From assembly GCF_006345805.1 (NCBI RefSeq), contig NC_043015.1:48794001-48858000 (forward strand): 64,000 nucleotides of DNA, read 5' to 3'. Below, one piece after another: positions 1 through 11,133 of this stretch; the first letter of the stretch is position 1; every line of letters starts with the position of its first letter. The notes beneath the pieces are model-generated. The model was given only the letters and a program-made list of their open reading frames with translations. It was not told the DNA's origin and ran no database searches. Position numbers and translations under genes: made by a program. This DNA is from Octopus sinensis. Taxonomy: Eukaryota.

Positions 1-999
1 CTCCATATCCGAAAACGGGGGCGGGGTGGCAAAAAAAAAATAGGGGAGGAAGTCTTTCCGAATAAAGGGAACTACTTTCTTTCGTGACTAAAAGACAAAA
101 AAAAAAAAAGATGAATAAAAGTAAAACGAAGTATAATAAACCAATAATAATAAATAAAAAAAGATCCCCAACATGGGAGACAACTGCATGGAAAGATCCT
201 GGAGACCTCCTCCGTCAAATTAAATAATAATAATTTAAAAAAACAACACAATCCCTGTTTAGCTTGGTGCCACAAAAGCAAAAGCATTCTCCCAGTTCTT
301 ACCGTTAACTTACAGATGCATATTTAGTCACTCAATTTGGTTAGAATAGAATATGATAAATTGAGATTGGTGAGCTTTACACATGAATCTGGTGATGATA
401 GGCTCCCTTGGAGCAGAAGGACAGCTAACTAAAGCCAATCAAGAAATGCAACTGATCTAAGGTTACATGGATCACCAAAGATGAGTACCCTTTGCCTACC
501 GACGCATGTTGGGAGTAAACACATTCACGCTTGCCACATTCGCCACTGATAACTAACATTCAACAAATTTACTGGAGAAAAGCCTCTTCTCCCCCATTTC
601 GTTTTCCTTTTTCAACTGGAACTTGGAAGAGTCGATGTGAATTTAACCGAGGAGAAGTCTCTCTCTCTCTCCCCTCTCTTTTTTCCATCTCATCACTTCA
701 CAAACTCTCACGTCATAGTTAGAGGTAAAAATAGAGGTAAGCTGCTTGGCACACCCTCTCAAAAAACAACAATATACATACAACCACAGTTTCACGTAAC
801 ACAGAGAAACCCAGAAACTGAATGGATACACGCAGAACAATCTCTATCCTCAGTAACTCATCTCGAACATACTCGTCCAATAGCAATTTCAATAAATAAC
901 AAAACCCTTTATAATGAAGGCACAGGCCCTGAAATTTTGGGGGAGGAAACTGGTCGATTACATCGACCCCACTGTTTCACTGCACTTAATTTAGCGACT

Positions 1000-1411
1000 C
1001 TGACGGAATTTGAACTCAGAACGTAGTGACAGGTGAAATACCTATTTCTTTATTACCCACAAGGGGCTAAACACAGAGGGGACAAATAAAGACAGACAAA
1101 CGGATTAAGTTGATTACATCGACCTCAGTGCGAAACTGGTACTTTATTTATCGACCCTGAAAGGATGAAAGGCAAAGTCGACCTCGGCGGAATTTGAACT
1201 CAGAACGTTTCGGCAAACGAAATACTTATTTCTTTACTACCCACAAGGGGCTAAACACAGAGGGGACAAACGGATTAAGTTGATTACATCGACCCCGAAA
1301 GGATGAAAGGCAAAGTCGACCTCAGCGGAATTTGAACTCAGAACGTATCGGCAGACGAAATACCGCTAAGCATTTCGCCCGGCGTGCTAACGATTCTGGC
1401 AGCTCGCCACC
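1000..1411 (-). mobile_element. tRNA-derived SINE with Nin/Deu-like central domain (compound copy)
   Basis: Minus strand starts GGTGGCGAGCTGCCAGAATCG (A-box-like), has GAGTTCAAATTCC (B box) and GACTTTGCCTTTCATCCTTTCGGGGTCGAT. The same family recurs many times (e.g. ~27200-27360, 41755-41990, 52250-52610). Confidence 0.75.
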
Positions 1412-3338
1412 TTACTTTCAATAACTAATGGTAATAATAATGGTTTCTAAGCTAGTCCTTATGCTTATGTTGGCTTCTTCTCTTCCGTGGTCTTACAAAA
1501 TTTAGACAACGATCATACACCACCATTCATATTTTCCACTGTTCGTATATAGCTGATGCCATGCACCATTTCAGTTATGTATACATCCAACCTGAAATTA
1601 TATCTCAAGTCATTCTCAGGTCTTGCAGTAACAGCTAGGCTAAACTTTACTGATGAGGCCGAAACATGCTTCTGGAGTTACCCTCATATTTCCAAAGATC
1701 AGATTTACTGCCCAATGTCCGCTATTTTTAATGAACTTTAGAAAGATTTCAGATTTGCCTCCCTTGCTTTACTGTATTTTTGTTAATCCAATTTATTATT
1801 TTGATGATGATTATTCTTGACATTTGGAGTGTGTTTTTAATTAAAATTTCATAGCTTTTTACATCAAATATATTTGTGTCCACTTTACTATTAAAACGAC
1901 TGGAAAAGGTAATAAAGTTGGCCACCAGGAGGTAGCGAACAGTAGGGTGAGGGGTTCAAATAGAAGATGAGAGTCTTCAAATAGTCAGAGTTGATGAATG
2001 AATCAACCTGTCCGGATAACTTGCCTGAACCAAAGCAATTTTTCCCTGCCAGACGTTCTGATCCAGTGATGAGGTACGAAGATCTGGCTTGGGTTTTTGG
2101 TCTTTTGCTAACTAAATATCTCTTTGCCCATGCTATGACTACAAACGACAGCAGTAGTTCAGTAACTGAATTGGTTGATCCTGGCTGTTGGCAGTTTTTT
2201 GTCTGTTCATCTGTTCGGCATCTAGTGATATTTGCCATTGATTTTATATGTTCAGTTACCATAGTAGTTCTCATCCACTATGCTGCATCCTATGATTGCA
2301 ACGTATCCTGGCTTGGGGGGGGGTTACATGCTAATTAACCTATAACAGGGATTGTGACGGGTGCTACTACTCAGGGTTAGAATAGACCTGGGAACAATAT
2401 TGTCTAAGAGGTGATCTAACACTTCTCGTAACCCTAGGGCTCTGGAACCAAGACCCTACAATCAGATGCAGTTTAAACTCATGCTCAGGACTGATGTATG
2501 AATCAATGAAATAATTATTCATTAATGATTCGTTTTAAAGTCATACTCAGGACAGGTGTATGAATTATCGAAATAGTTATTAAAAGATAAGAACCAATAA
2601 TAAAAATGAAAATGACCATAAAAAAGAAATAAAATAAATTTTTATTTATAACACACTTTGAAAATGTTAACCCTTTTGCGTTCAAATTACTCTGCCAAAT
2701 GTAAAGCTTATTTATTCATGTTGTTTTGAATTAATCAGGTATTGTCTCCTAACTTTGAGATTTTGATGATGTTATTGTCTATTCTTAGAATGGCATTATA
2801 GGGTAGATGTTAGAGCTTAGATCAAGTCAGTTTGACCATAAAACAGGAGGTATATTTTGGCTGGATATGGCCATTTTAAATGCTACAGGGTTAAAGCAAC
2901 TATCTACAGTAAAGCTTGTCTGTCTTTATATTACTGTAATTTGATGGCATGAAAGACTCACAGGCATGTTAGATGCACCTCACCCCAGCTTCAACAACAC
3001 ATATCCATGAAAAAAAGATTTTAGTTCATTCAGGAACAAAATTAGCTTATGGGAGGCTCAACTTTGCATGTAGGGCCCAGAGTGAGGTATTTTTCTTTTC
3101 ATTTTTTTTATTTTGGAATATGTGCATCTTATATGCCATCATATATGGTACTTCTGCCACATGATGGTGCTTTACCCAATTTATTGTTGCCTAAACATTT
3201 GTTTTTCATTTATTTGGAACTTTATTTTTTTTCTTAGCTTTTATTTTAAATATTCTTTGCAGATAATTCAAACTGGGGTGTGGCAAGTCCCGATCAAGAC
3301 CAGTTAGTCCTAACGGTGCAGGTAGAAATAATAGCTGC

Positions 3339-3609
3339 ATGGACAAGTCAGTTGACAAACAGCAAGCTGTGAAGAACATGGTTCCTCAGTTTCCTGCTGC
3401 CGATTCCCAGCAGCGTTCTTCATCATCTTCTGCGTCTTCAGGTGGACGCAACAAAGTTGCTCTGAAGGAATGCCGATCCTTAATGGACTGGATACGCTTA
3501 TCGCGAAGTGGTGAAGACCTTACTGGAATCGGGGGAAAGGTAATTGATGTCACCCCAGAAGAACTGAGGAAACACAATACTGAGAATGATGCCTGGATGG
3601 CTATAAGAG
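3339..3609 (+). CDS. CYB5R4: Cytochrome b5 reductase 4 (NCB5OR), first coding exon
   Basis: MVPQFPAADSQQRS...GGRNKVALKECRSLMDWIRLSRSGEDLTGIGGKVIDVTPEELRKHNTENDAWMAIRG matches the CYB5R4 N-terminus and start of the b5 domain. Phase-1 donor G|GTAAAT at 3609/3610, upstream acceptor ttgcag at 3262. Start is ATG 3339 or 3378. Confidence 0.92.
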
Positions 3610-3890
3610 GTAAATATTTTTCCTTTAGTTTATCATTAATGAAATTCCTTTGAAATACTCAACAAAACTATGTAAGTCATGTGTGTTTTTGTTCGTGATT
3701 TGATAAGCAGTGCCAAGTTTTGCAATTCTGTAAATAATAATAATAATATTTTATAAACTTAAAGCTTATAAGCAATCACCATGTATTGATTTACTTTAAT
3801 CAAAACATGGTGATTGCTTATGAGTTTTAAGGTCATAAAAATATTAATATCATATAAATCTGTTGTAACTTAATTTTTTATGTACGATAT

Positions 3891-4295
3891 CAGGTGCAGG
3901 AGTGGCTGTGTGGTAAGTAGCTTGCTTACCAACCACATGGTTCTGGGTTCAGTCCCATTGTGTGGCACCTTGGGCTAGTGTCTTCTACTATAGCCTCAGG
4001 CTGACCAAAGAGTTGTGAGTGGATTTGGTAGACGGAAACTGAAAGAAGCCCATCATATATATGTATATGTATATATGTGTGTTTGTGTGTCTGTGTTTGT
4101 CCCCCCTCCCCAACATCGCTTGACAACTGATGGTGGTGTGTTAACGTCCCCGTAACTTAGCGGTTTGGCAGAAGAAACCGATAGAATAAGTACTAGGCTT
4201 ACTAAGAATAAGTACTGGGGTTGATTTGCTCGACTAAAGGTGGTGCTCCAGCATGGCCACAGTTAAATGACTGAAACAAGTAAACGAGTAATAAA
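3891..4295 (+). mobile_element. tRNA-derived SINE (second family)
   Basis: TGGCTGTGTGG A box and GGTTCAGTCCC B box. Related copies at ~6960-7200, 28630-28720 (-) and 32620-32740. Confidence 0.75.
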
Positions 4296-5774
4296 TAAAG
4301 ATAACCAGACAACAGTAAAAACAATGAACTAACAAATCTCTTTACAAACCAACAAACAATATTCCTTGTGAACTAACCAACCAACACCTTCTGACTTCCC
4401 TGCAAATGAACTTTACTTGATTCCAAACTCTGAATGTCACTTGGATTGTCACTATTTATACTTTACTTGGACCCATCTATCTCTCACAAGGGGGCATCGT
4501 AATCTCATCACAACAAAATCATACTTAATAAATATTGAGTTCAAATTTCGGCACTGGGCTGGCAATTTCACAGGAGGAGGTTATCAATTGTATTGACCCA
4601 AGTTCTCAACTGGTACTTATTTTGTCGACCCCCCACAAAAAGGATAAAAGGCAGAGTCAGCATCAGTGGAATTTGAACTCAGAATGTAAAGATGGACAAA
4701 ATGTCAGTAAGCATTTTGCCTGGCATGCTAACAAGTCTGCCAGCTCACTGCCTTGTTCATATAATTAATATTGGTGAAAAACAACATTCAAGCTCCCATG
4801 CAGCTATCTTGTAAAAACATCTTTTGAGCGTGGTTGTTGCCAGAACTGACTGACTAGCCTTCGTGCTGCTGGCACGTAAAAAACACCCACTATTCTCTTG
4901 GAGTGGTTGGTGTTAGGAAGGGCATCCAGCTGTAGTAACTTTGCTAGATCAGATTGAGCCTGGTGCAGCCTCTGGATCACCAGTCCTCAGTCAAAACGTC
5001 CAACCCATGCCAGCATGGAAAGCGGACGTAAAACGATGATGATGATGATATATATATATATGACTGGAATTAATAAGCAGACTGTCTCAAAGTCCTTTAA
5101 TCCTGCACTGAGAAGTGAATTGTTTGTCATTAAAAATAATTTTAATTCTTTCATTCATTTATGTGTTTCAGCCCAAAGGCTGTGGCCATGCTGGGGTACT
5201 GCCAGAAAAAGAATCTGTAGATGAAACAAAGAGTAGCAATGAGCTCATCCAGGATTCCAACCTGGGACCTCTCACACCCAAATGAACCCAGTGGTTCCCA
5301 ACTATTTCTTTTACCTATTTTACTCAGGTGGATCCCCATAACCATTTGATGCTTAAAAAAACAGTCCTATTATATTTTTAGAGTTAAATATTATTAGGAA
5401 TTGTATAAAGAATTGTTAAGATTCTTTGTATTGTGTGTTGTAGGAATATAACCAACATATTACTCAAAAGACTTTAACACCAAAATCTCATACAAACTCT
5501 GGTTGAGAACCACAGCCCTTCACCAACCCATGTAGAGCATTTATTTATTACAGTTCCTTTAACGAGTCTCAGCCACATTGATTAAATCTAGTTCATTTTG
5601 ACATATTTTAATTCTTATCATCGCAGGCATTTTTCTAATAAAAGTTTTTATTTGTATGTTTCCAGATTAGCGAGATTACAAAGATACGGCGACCAACATA
5701 TACATCCATTTTAGTGGGGTTAGAGGTTTTGTAGGCATTGAATTTGCTGCCTGTTACAAAGATAAATCAAGAAG

Positions 5775-6455
5775 GCTGAGGGTGTCTTGGCATCACTCAC
5801 CAAATCCTTTGTGAGCCGCTCTCCGACTATCTATCTGCGGCTTTATATAGCTATGGTAAGACCTCACCTGGAATTTGCATCACCAGTCTGGAACCCCTAT
5901 CTTGCCCAGGATATCAATCGTCTGGAAGCTGTTCAGCGACGTGCAACCAAAAGAATACCCTCCATCAGGCATTTGCCATATTCTGAACGCCTTACTTCCC
6001 TGGGCATGGACACATTGAAACTCCAACATCTGGCAGCTGACTTGGCAGACACCCATAAAATTATCAACCATCTTACAAACAATAACTCTGAGCACCTTTT
6101 CAAACTTCACCCATCTAACACCCGTGGACATATTTACAAAGTCAGAAAACAGCACAGCTCCCATGACTTTAGGAAACATTTTTTCACGCTGAGAGTTGCT
6201 GAAGCATGTAACAAACTGCCGGCATCAGTTGTTAGTTGTCGGAGCACTGCATCCTTCAAAACTTCCATGCTTTCTGAGATTCGCCAACACTACACCTGAT
6301 TTTCTCCCCTCCATACACACACAAGCATGTATCTGACTCATACATTGTTCGCTTTCCAGACATTTGTACATTACCGCATATACTTTATACGCACTTTCTG
6401 ACAAGTTGTGGTGCACCTGAGCACTGTATACAATAATTTCATTATTATTATTATT
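5775..6455 (+). mobile_element. CR1/L2-type LINE, 5'-truncated 3' end
   Basis: ORF 5787-6299 LYIAMVRPHLEFASPVWNPY...LEAVQRRATK...TRGH.YK is the CR1/L2 RT C-terminus. Ends in an (ATT)n tail. Same family at ~61990-62158 (-). Confidence 0.85.
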
Positions 6456-7199
6456 TATATTTTCAGGTTGAATTAAATCTTTACTAACATCTTAATTGAA
6501 AAGCCATTCATAACAGCTTGATACAAAGTGAGCAGCGAATGCATGCAGTTGCTTCAGCTGCTAGAAATAGCAGTAAAATCTCACTGAAATCACACCCTAC
6601 TACCCTAATTGAAGAAAGGACACAGTGAATGATGTAGAACCAGTTACATTACAAATAAATAAATGGCGGATGGTGTTGGACTGTCTTTCACCATTGGGTT
6701 GATTAGTCATGTCTGACATAGGATTTGAGAACAGCATGCAGCAGTTAAAATGATATTCTTTCTGTAAATTTGCTGTGATTAACCTCATTGTTATAGTGTG
6801 TGTGTGTGTGCATGTGAACATCGGACTGTTAATAAACATTATAAACAGAATTAATGATGTAATATTTTGATTCCAAAATTAAATCCTCCATTATTTAAGT
6901 CTTTCTTTCATATTTAGGGTGGCTACTTATTTTTTTTATATCAAGGCACACAGTACACATGGCTGTGCACTGAGAAGTTTGCTTTTCAGCCACATGGTTC
7001 TGAGTTCAGTCCCACTGTGTGGCACCTTGGACAAGTATTTTCCTCTATAACTCTATTCTGATCAAAGCCTTGTGAGTGAATTTGGTAGATTGAAGCTGAA
7101 AAAGCAGGTGGGGCTGCATGGTAAGGTAGGTGCAGACATGGCTGTGTGGTAAGAATCTTGCTTCCCAACCACATTGTTCTAGGTTCAGTCCCACTGGAA

Positions 7200-9715
7200 T
7201 TTCTTCTCCAATTCTACTAAAGAATCTACAATAAGAGCAAGGTCATCAGCATATAGCAGTTCCGAAGGGCACCCAGTTTTGAATTCCTCTGTTATGGCCT
7301 GGAGGACTATAATGAATAAGAGTGGGCTGAGAACTGAGCCCTGGTGAACCCCTACCTATATGTTAAATTCATCACTGTATTCATGGCTGACTCTCACCCT
7401 CCTGACAACACCACTGTACATGGTTTGTACAGCTCTAACAAGCCACTCCTCTACTCCTAATTTCCTTAGAGACCACCATATAAGAGAGCAGGGAATTTTC
7501 TCCAGGTCTACGAAGGCTAAGTACAATGGCTTACTTTTCTTGCAGTTGTCTCACTAGGAAGATGGCATCTGTGATACTCTTCCCAAGTACAAAACCAAAC
7601 TGCATCTCATCTAGTTTAATTCTATTTCTAATCAATTGAGCTGTAACTGTCTCAGTAACTTTAATGGCTTTGTCTAGCAATTTAATGCCTCTGTTGTTGT
7701 TTCTATCTAAGGCAACACTTTTACCCTTGTAGCAGCTAAATGTAATACTATCAGGTAATCCCATAAATTCTGTCTGAATTTTGAATAAAGAAAACAAGTG
7801 ATCAAATGTTATATTTAATTGAAATTTAATCATCAATGTACTTTCCATGATTATCTCTGACTTCCTTCCATCTATTTACAAGCTTTTTAATCCCATCAAT
7901 GTAAAACTCTTTTGGTTTCAAAGTGAAGAACTCTGAATTATCAGTTTCGACCTCCTCCTGGCTTGCAAAAGTTATGTCCCCCAAATGATTCTGTAAACTA
8001 CAAAACAAATGGTAGTCTGAAGGAGCAAGGTCGGGAGAATAAGGTGGATGAGGAACTTTTTCCCAACTAAGCTCTTTGATCTTCTGTGATGTGATCTTTG
8101 TGGTGTGGGGTCAGGCATTGTCCTGATGAAACATCATTCCTTTTCGATTCAGTAAAGTGGGTCTTTTTTCCTTCAAAGCTTGGTTCAAATGCTCTAATTG
8201 CTGACAGTAGACTTGAGCATTGAGTGTTGCATTAGGTGCTAACAATTCAAAGTGAATTACTCCTTTGCAATCCCACCAGATAGAGAGAAGAACCTTTTTT
8301 CCATGAAGTTCCCTTCTTGGTTGTGATTGAGCTTTTCCCTTTTACCAAGCCACTGTTTACGATGTTCAACATTTCAGTGGAAAATCCATTTTTCATCACC
8401 AGTCACAAGTCTATACAAAAAGGGTGAAATGAGTTTGTGAGAATGGAGAGAAGAGCAGATATCAACTACGGATTTGTGGTTGCTTTCGGACATTTCATGA
8501 GGCACCCATTTTCCAAGTTGTTGAAGATGATGATGGACAGTTGTATGGTCTGAACTAAGCTCTATTGCCAATTCAAACTCAAATGGACGTCCTGTTTGAT
8601 CTTCATCTTCAAGGCTGAAATCTTCACTTCTGAATTTTGCAAAACATCTTCTGCAAGTTCTTTCATTCAAGCATTCTTTCCCATAAACTGAGTGTATGTT
8701 TTGAGTCGCTTCAGCTGCAGAGTTTCCTTTTTTGAACTCATAAAACATTATGTGCCTTAAATGCTCTTTGGATATTTCCATGTTAGAAAGGGTTCTAATC
8801 AAAGAAATTTTAATTCTTTTATTCTGTAAAATAATATTTAATTAGTTTAAATGCACACAAAGGCATAAAAATAATTTTTAATTCCATTAGACATTCTAAA
8901 ATACTACTGAATTTCATTCAATTTAAAAAAAAGTAAAATCGGACAGAACTTATGGGATGACCTGATAATACACTAGTCATTGGGGATGGTGCCCTCCTGA
9001 ATAACCTGATTAGCTATATGGGTGACTAAGTTGTATCCTACTCCACCGGAGATTTTAATAATCTCTATAGTGATTCCTGATGGCCCAGGGTCTTTCCCTG
9101 TCTTCATATCCTTAATTGTCTATTATGTTGCTATCAACTCTAATGTAGCCCTCAGTAAATTCTCCCACAAGAACTTCCAGTTGTCCTCTATGTCCCCAAC
9201 TTTTCCTTTCTTTTGTCAGAAGCTTCCATTAGTAAATCTCTAAATTTTTGTCTGTTTGCTGGGCATTTGAGCTTCCATAGTCTTCTTTTCCACATTGGTT
9301 TATTTCCATAGTCATCTTTTCCACATTGGTTTATTTCTCCGGGTCTTTCTAGCTCTAATTCTGAAATCACTAACTAGTAACCTATAATGGGTTGTGCACT
9401 CTTCACCTGGGAAAGACTTTGCATTTCTAAGCATCCATCTATCTCGTTGCCTGGTGAGGAGGTAGTCAATCTGGCTTTCGTGCTCACCAGACTGATAAGT
9501 GATTAGGTGGCTGGGTGGTTTTTTGAAATTAGTGTTGCAAATCATGAGATCATTTCCATCACAAAACTTGAGCAGTCTTGTTCCCTCCTCATTTCTAGGT
9601 CCAAAACTATAGTCCCCATTCACTCCCTGGGATCCATGGGGATGCTGTCCAACGTGTCCATTGAAGTCACCAGCCACAATAATACAGTCTCTGTCATTTG
9701 TTGTTGAGGTGGACT
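7200..9715 (-). mobile_element. Degenerate RTE-type LINE interrupted by a mariner insertion
   Basis: EN motif AGDFNGHVG...SQIDYLL (9312-9677) and RT motifs GPSGITIEIIK...PND / CYKGK...RGIKLL...LDEMQFGF resume across the mariner at 7748-8968. Confidence 0.85.
7748..8968 (-). mobile_element. Full-length degenerate mariner transposon
   Basis: TIRs (C/T)TATCAGGT(A/C)ATCCCATAA(A/G)TTCTGTC at both ends, TA flanks (7746-47, 8969-70). Transposase remnants HLRHIMFYEFKKG...GRP...LVTGDEKW. Confidence 0.88.
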
Positions 9716-10274
9716 ACAAAAGGATTTCATAGAAAATTTTCAGCTATTCCCCATATGTATGTATGTATGTATGTATGCATGCATGCATGCATGTATTGAC
9801 AGCAACTCTAGCTGCTAACCACGAACTATGAAATAACTTTCTCAGCTTATCAAACCTTGATATAGGAAAAATTTATAATCTTCTATGTTAATAAACCATT
9901 ATTGTTCCTGAAGGTTTTTTTATACCTTCTATGGACAGCTTGAAGCTTATAACTTCCTACACCCTGATGCTTAGATCTTACCTGTACATATATATATATA
10001 TGCATATCTATGAGGGTGCATGTGTGTGTAAGTGTGTGCAGTTTCCTGTACATTTGTTGTAACAAACAAAAGAAAATACATGCAACACATAGTGTGATAA
10101 TATTCAATTTATTTGGATGAAAATCACCTGAATCATTGCTCTGAGGGATTCAGCAAATGGTTCAAACATCTGTATTTGTGTAGAGATATGTATTCAGATA
10201 ACATATAAATATATATGTAAATTATAATGAAGAAGATGATGATGATGATGATGAAGATGATAATTATATATCTG

Positions 10275-10309
<35 letters not shown>

Positions 10310-10402
10310 ATATATATATACACAATTGCAGCGTGGAAGGTGTTTATAAGCCATTTAAGAAACACACAAAACCGTTAGATTCACTTCAACATTTAAATTT
10401 AA

Positions 10403-10453
10403 TTTGTCAAAATATTTTCGTCGCTTTGAGACCGCGACATGTTCACTGACAAA
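10403..10453 (-). ncRNA. Minimal type I hammerhead ribozyme, G3-C8 core variant (left arm of foldback)
   Basis: TTTGTCA GTGAACA T GTCGC ggtctcaaa GCGAC GAA AATATT T TGACAAA: 7-bp stem I, 5-bp stem II, palindromic stem III AATATT. Confidence 0.6.
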
Positions 10454-10475
10454 GCTTCGTGATGCAGCACGAAAC

Positions 10476-10526
10476 TTTGTCAGTGAACATGTCGAGGCCT
10501 CAAAGCGCCGAAAATATTTTGACAAA
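10476..10526 (+). ncRNA. Hammerhead ribozyme, G3-C8 variant (right arm of foldback, one stem II mismatch)
   Basis: TTTGTCA GTGAACA T GTCG aggcctcaaag CGCC GAA AATATT T TGACAAA. Confidence 0.5.
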
Positions 10527-10721
10527 TTAAATTTAAATGTTGAAGTGAATCTAACGGTTTTGTGTGTTTCTTAAATGGCTTATAAACACTTTCCACGCTG
10601 CAATTGTTTTCGTTCCAGATCATGTTCTCAGATCAAGTCACTCGCTATGCAAGTACATCTCTGTAATATATATATATATGATTATATATATATATATATG
10701 ATTATATATATATATATATCT

Positions 10722-10898
10722 ATACAATATGTTACATTACTCGGTAGTCAAGATAAAACTCTGAGTTTCAGATGCCATCTCTTCGGTTATCTGGCTATTT
10801 CTAGCCAGATAACCGAAGAGATGGTGTTGTGGATTTCCACTTCGGCATCTGAAACTCAGAGTTTTATCTTGACTACCGAGTAATGTAACATATTGTAT
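10722..10898. repeat. Inverted pLTR fragment of the Penelope-like family at 35361-36633 (duplicate at 17076-17252)
   Basis: Palindromic arrangement of CAATATGTTACATTACTCGGTAGTCAAGATAAAACTCTGAGTTTCAGATGCC, identical to the sequence at 35361-35412 downstream of the PLE ORF. Confidence 0.8.
10808..10868 (+). ncRNA. Hammerhead-like motif with CCGAAGA (U4C) core (also 17162-17222 + and 35388-35448 -)
   Basis: GATAA CCGAAGA GATG...CATCT GAA ACTCAGAGT T TTATC: stem I GATAA/TTATC, stem II GATG/CATC, near-palindromic stem III. Confidence 0.45.
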
Positions 10899-11090
10899 AG
10901 ATAAATTTCCTCTATTTACATAATATTGAGGTCTCTTTCTTTCTTTTGTTATCTTACCGTTTTATCAATATATATATATATATATATATGATTATAAAAT
11001 ATTATTTGAGACAAAACCACTATTTTGCAAAACAAACAAGGAAAGACTTAATCAATACATAAAATTTAATAAATAGTCAAAAAAAAACTG

Positions 11091-11133
11091 CCACTACAAT
11101 CGTTTCTTGTCTTGATCGACAATCTTCAGGTGG
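11091..11133 (-). ncRNA. Minimal type I hammerhead ribozyme near the 3' end of the AT-rich PLE (copy 1)
   Basis: CCAC CTGAAGA TTGTC gatcaa GACAA GAA ACGATTGT A GTGG: canonical core, GUA cleavage triplet, self-complementary stem III. Confidence 0.8.

Larger units (their letters stand above)
10322..10607. repeat. Foldback (inverted dimer) of a Penelope-type pLTR repeat
   Basis: Two ~130-bp arms are near-perfect reverse complements around a ~20-bp spacer, next to a TA microsatellite. A single-arm relative lies at ~48117-48305. Confidence 0.85.

Noticed and set aside
1645-1680. CTGATGAGGCCGAAACATGC hammerhead-like core
   Set aside because: No room for a stem II loop, no stem I pairing and no valid NUH; at most a decayed remnant.
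1891-2338. Overlapping ORFs of 115-127 aa on both strands
   Set aside because: No recognisable motif, splice context or codon signal.
9883-10107. YKLQAVHRRYKK ORF as a candidate last glycosyltransferase exon
   Set aside because: The exon at 22897-23233 has the right phase, acceptor and DGL..L.Y motif; this one does not.
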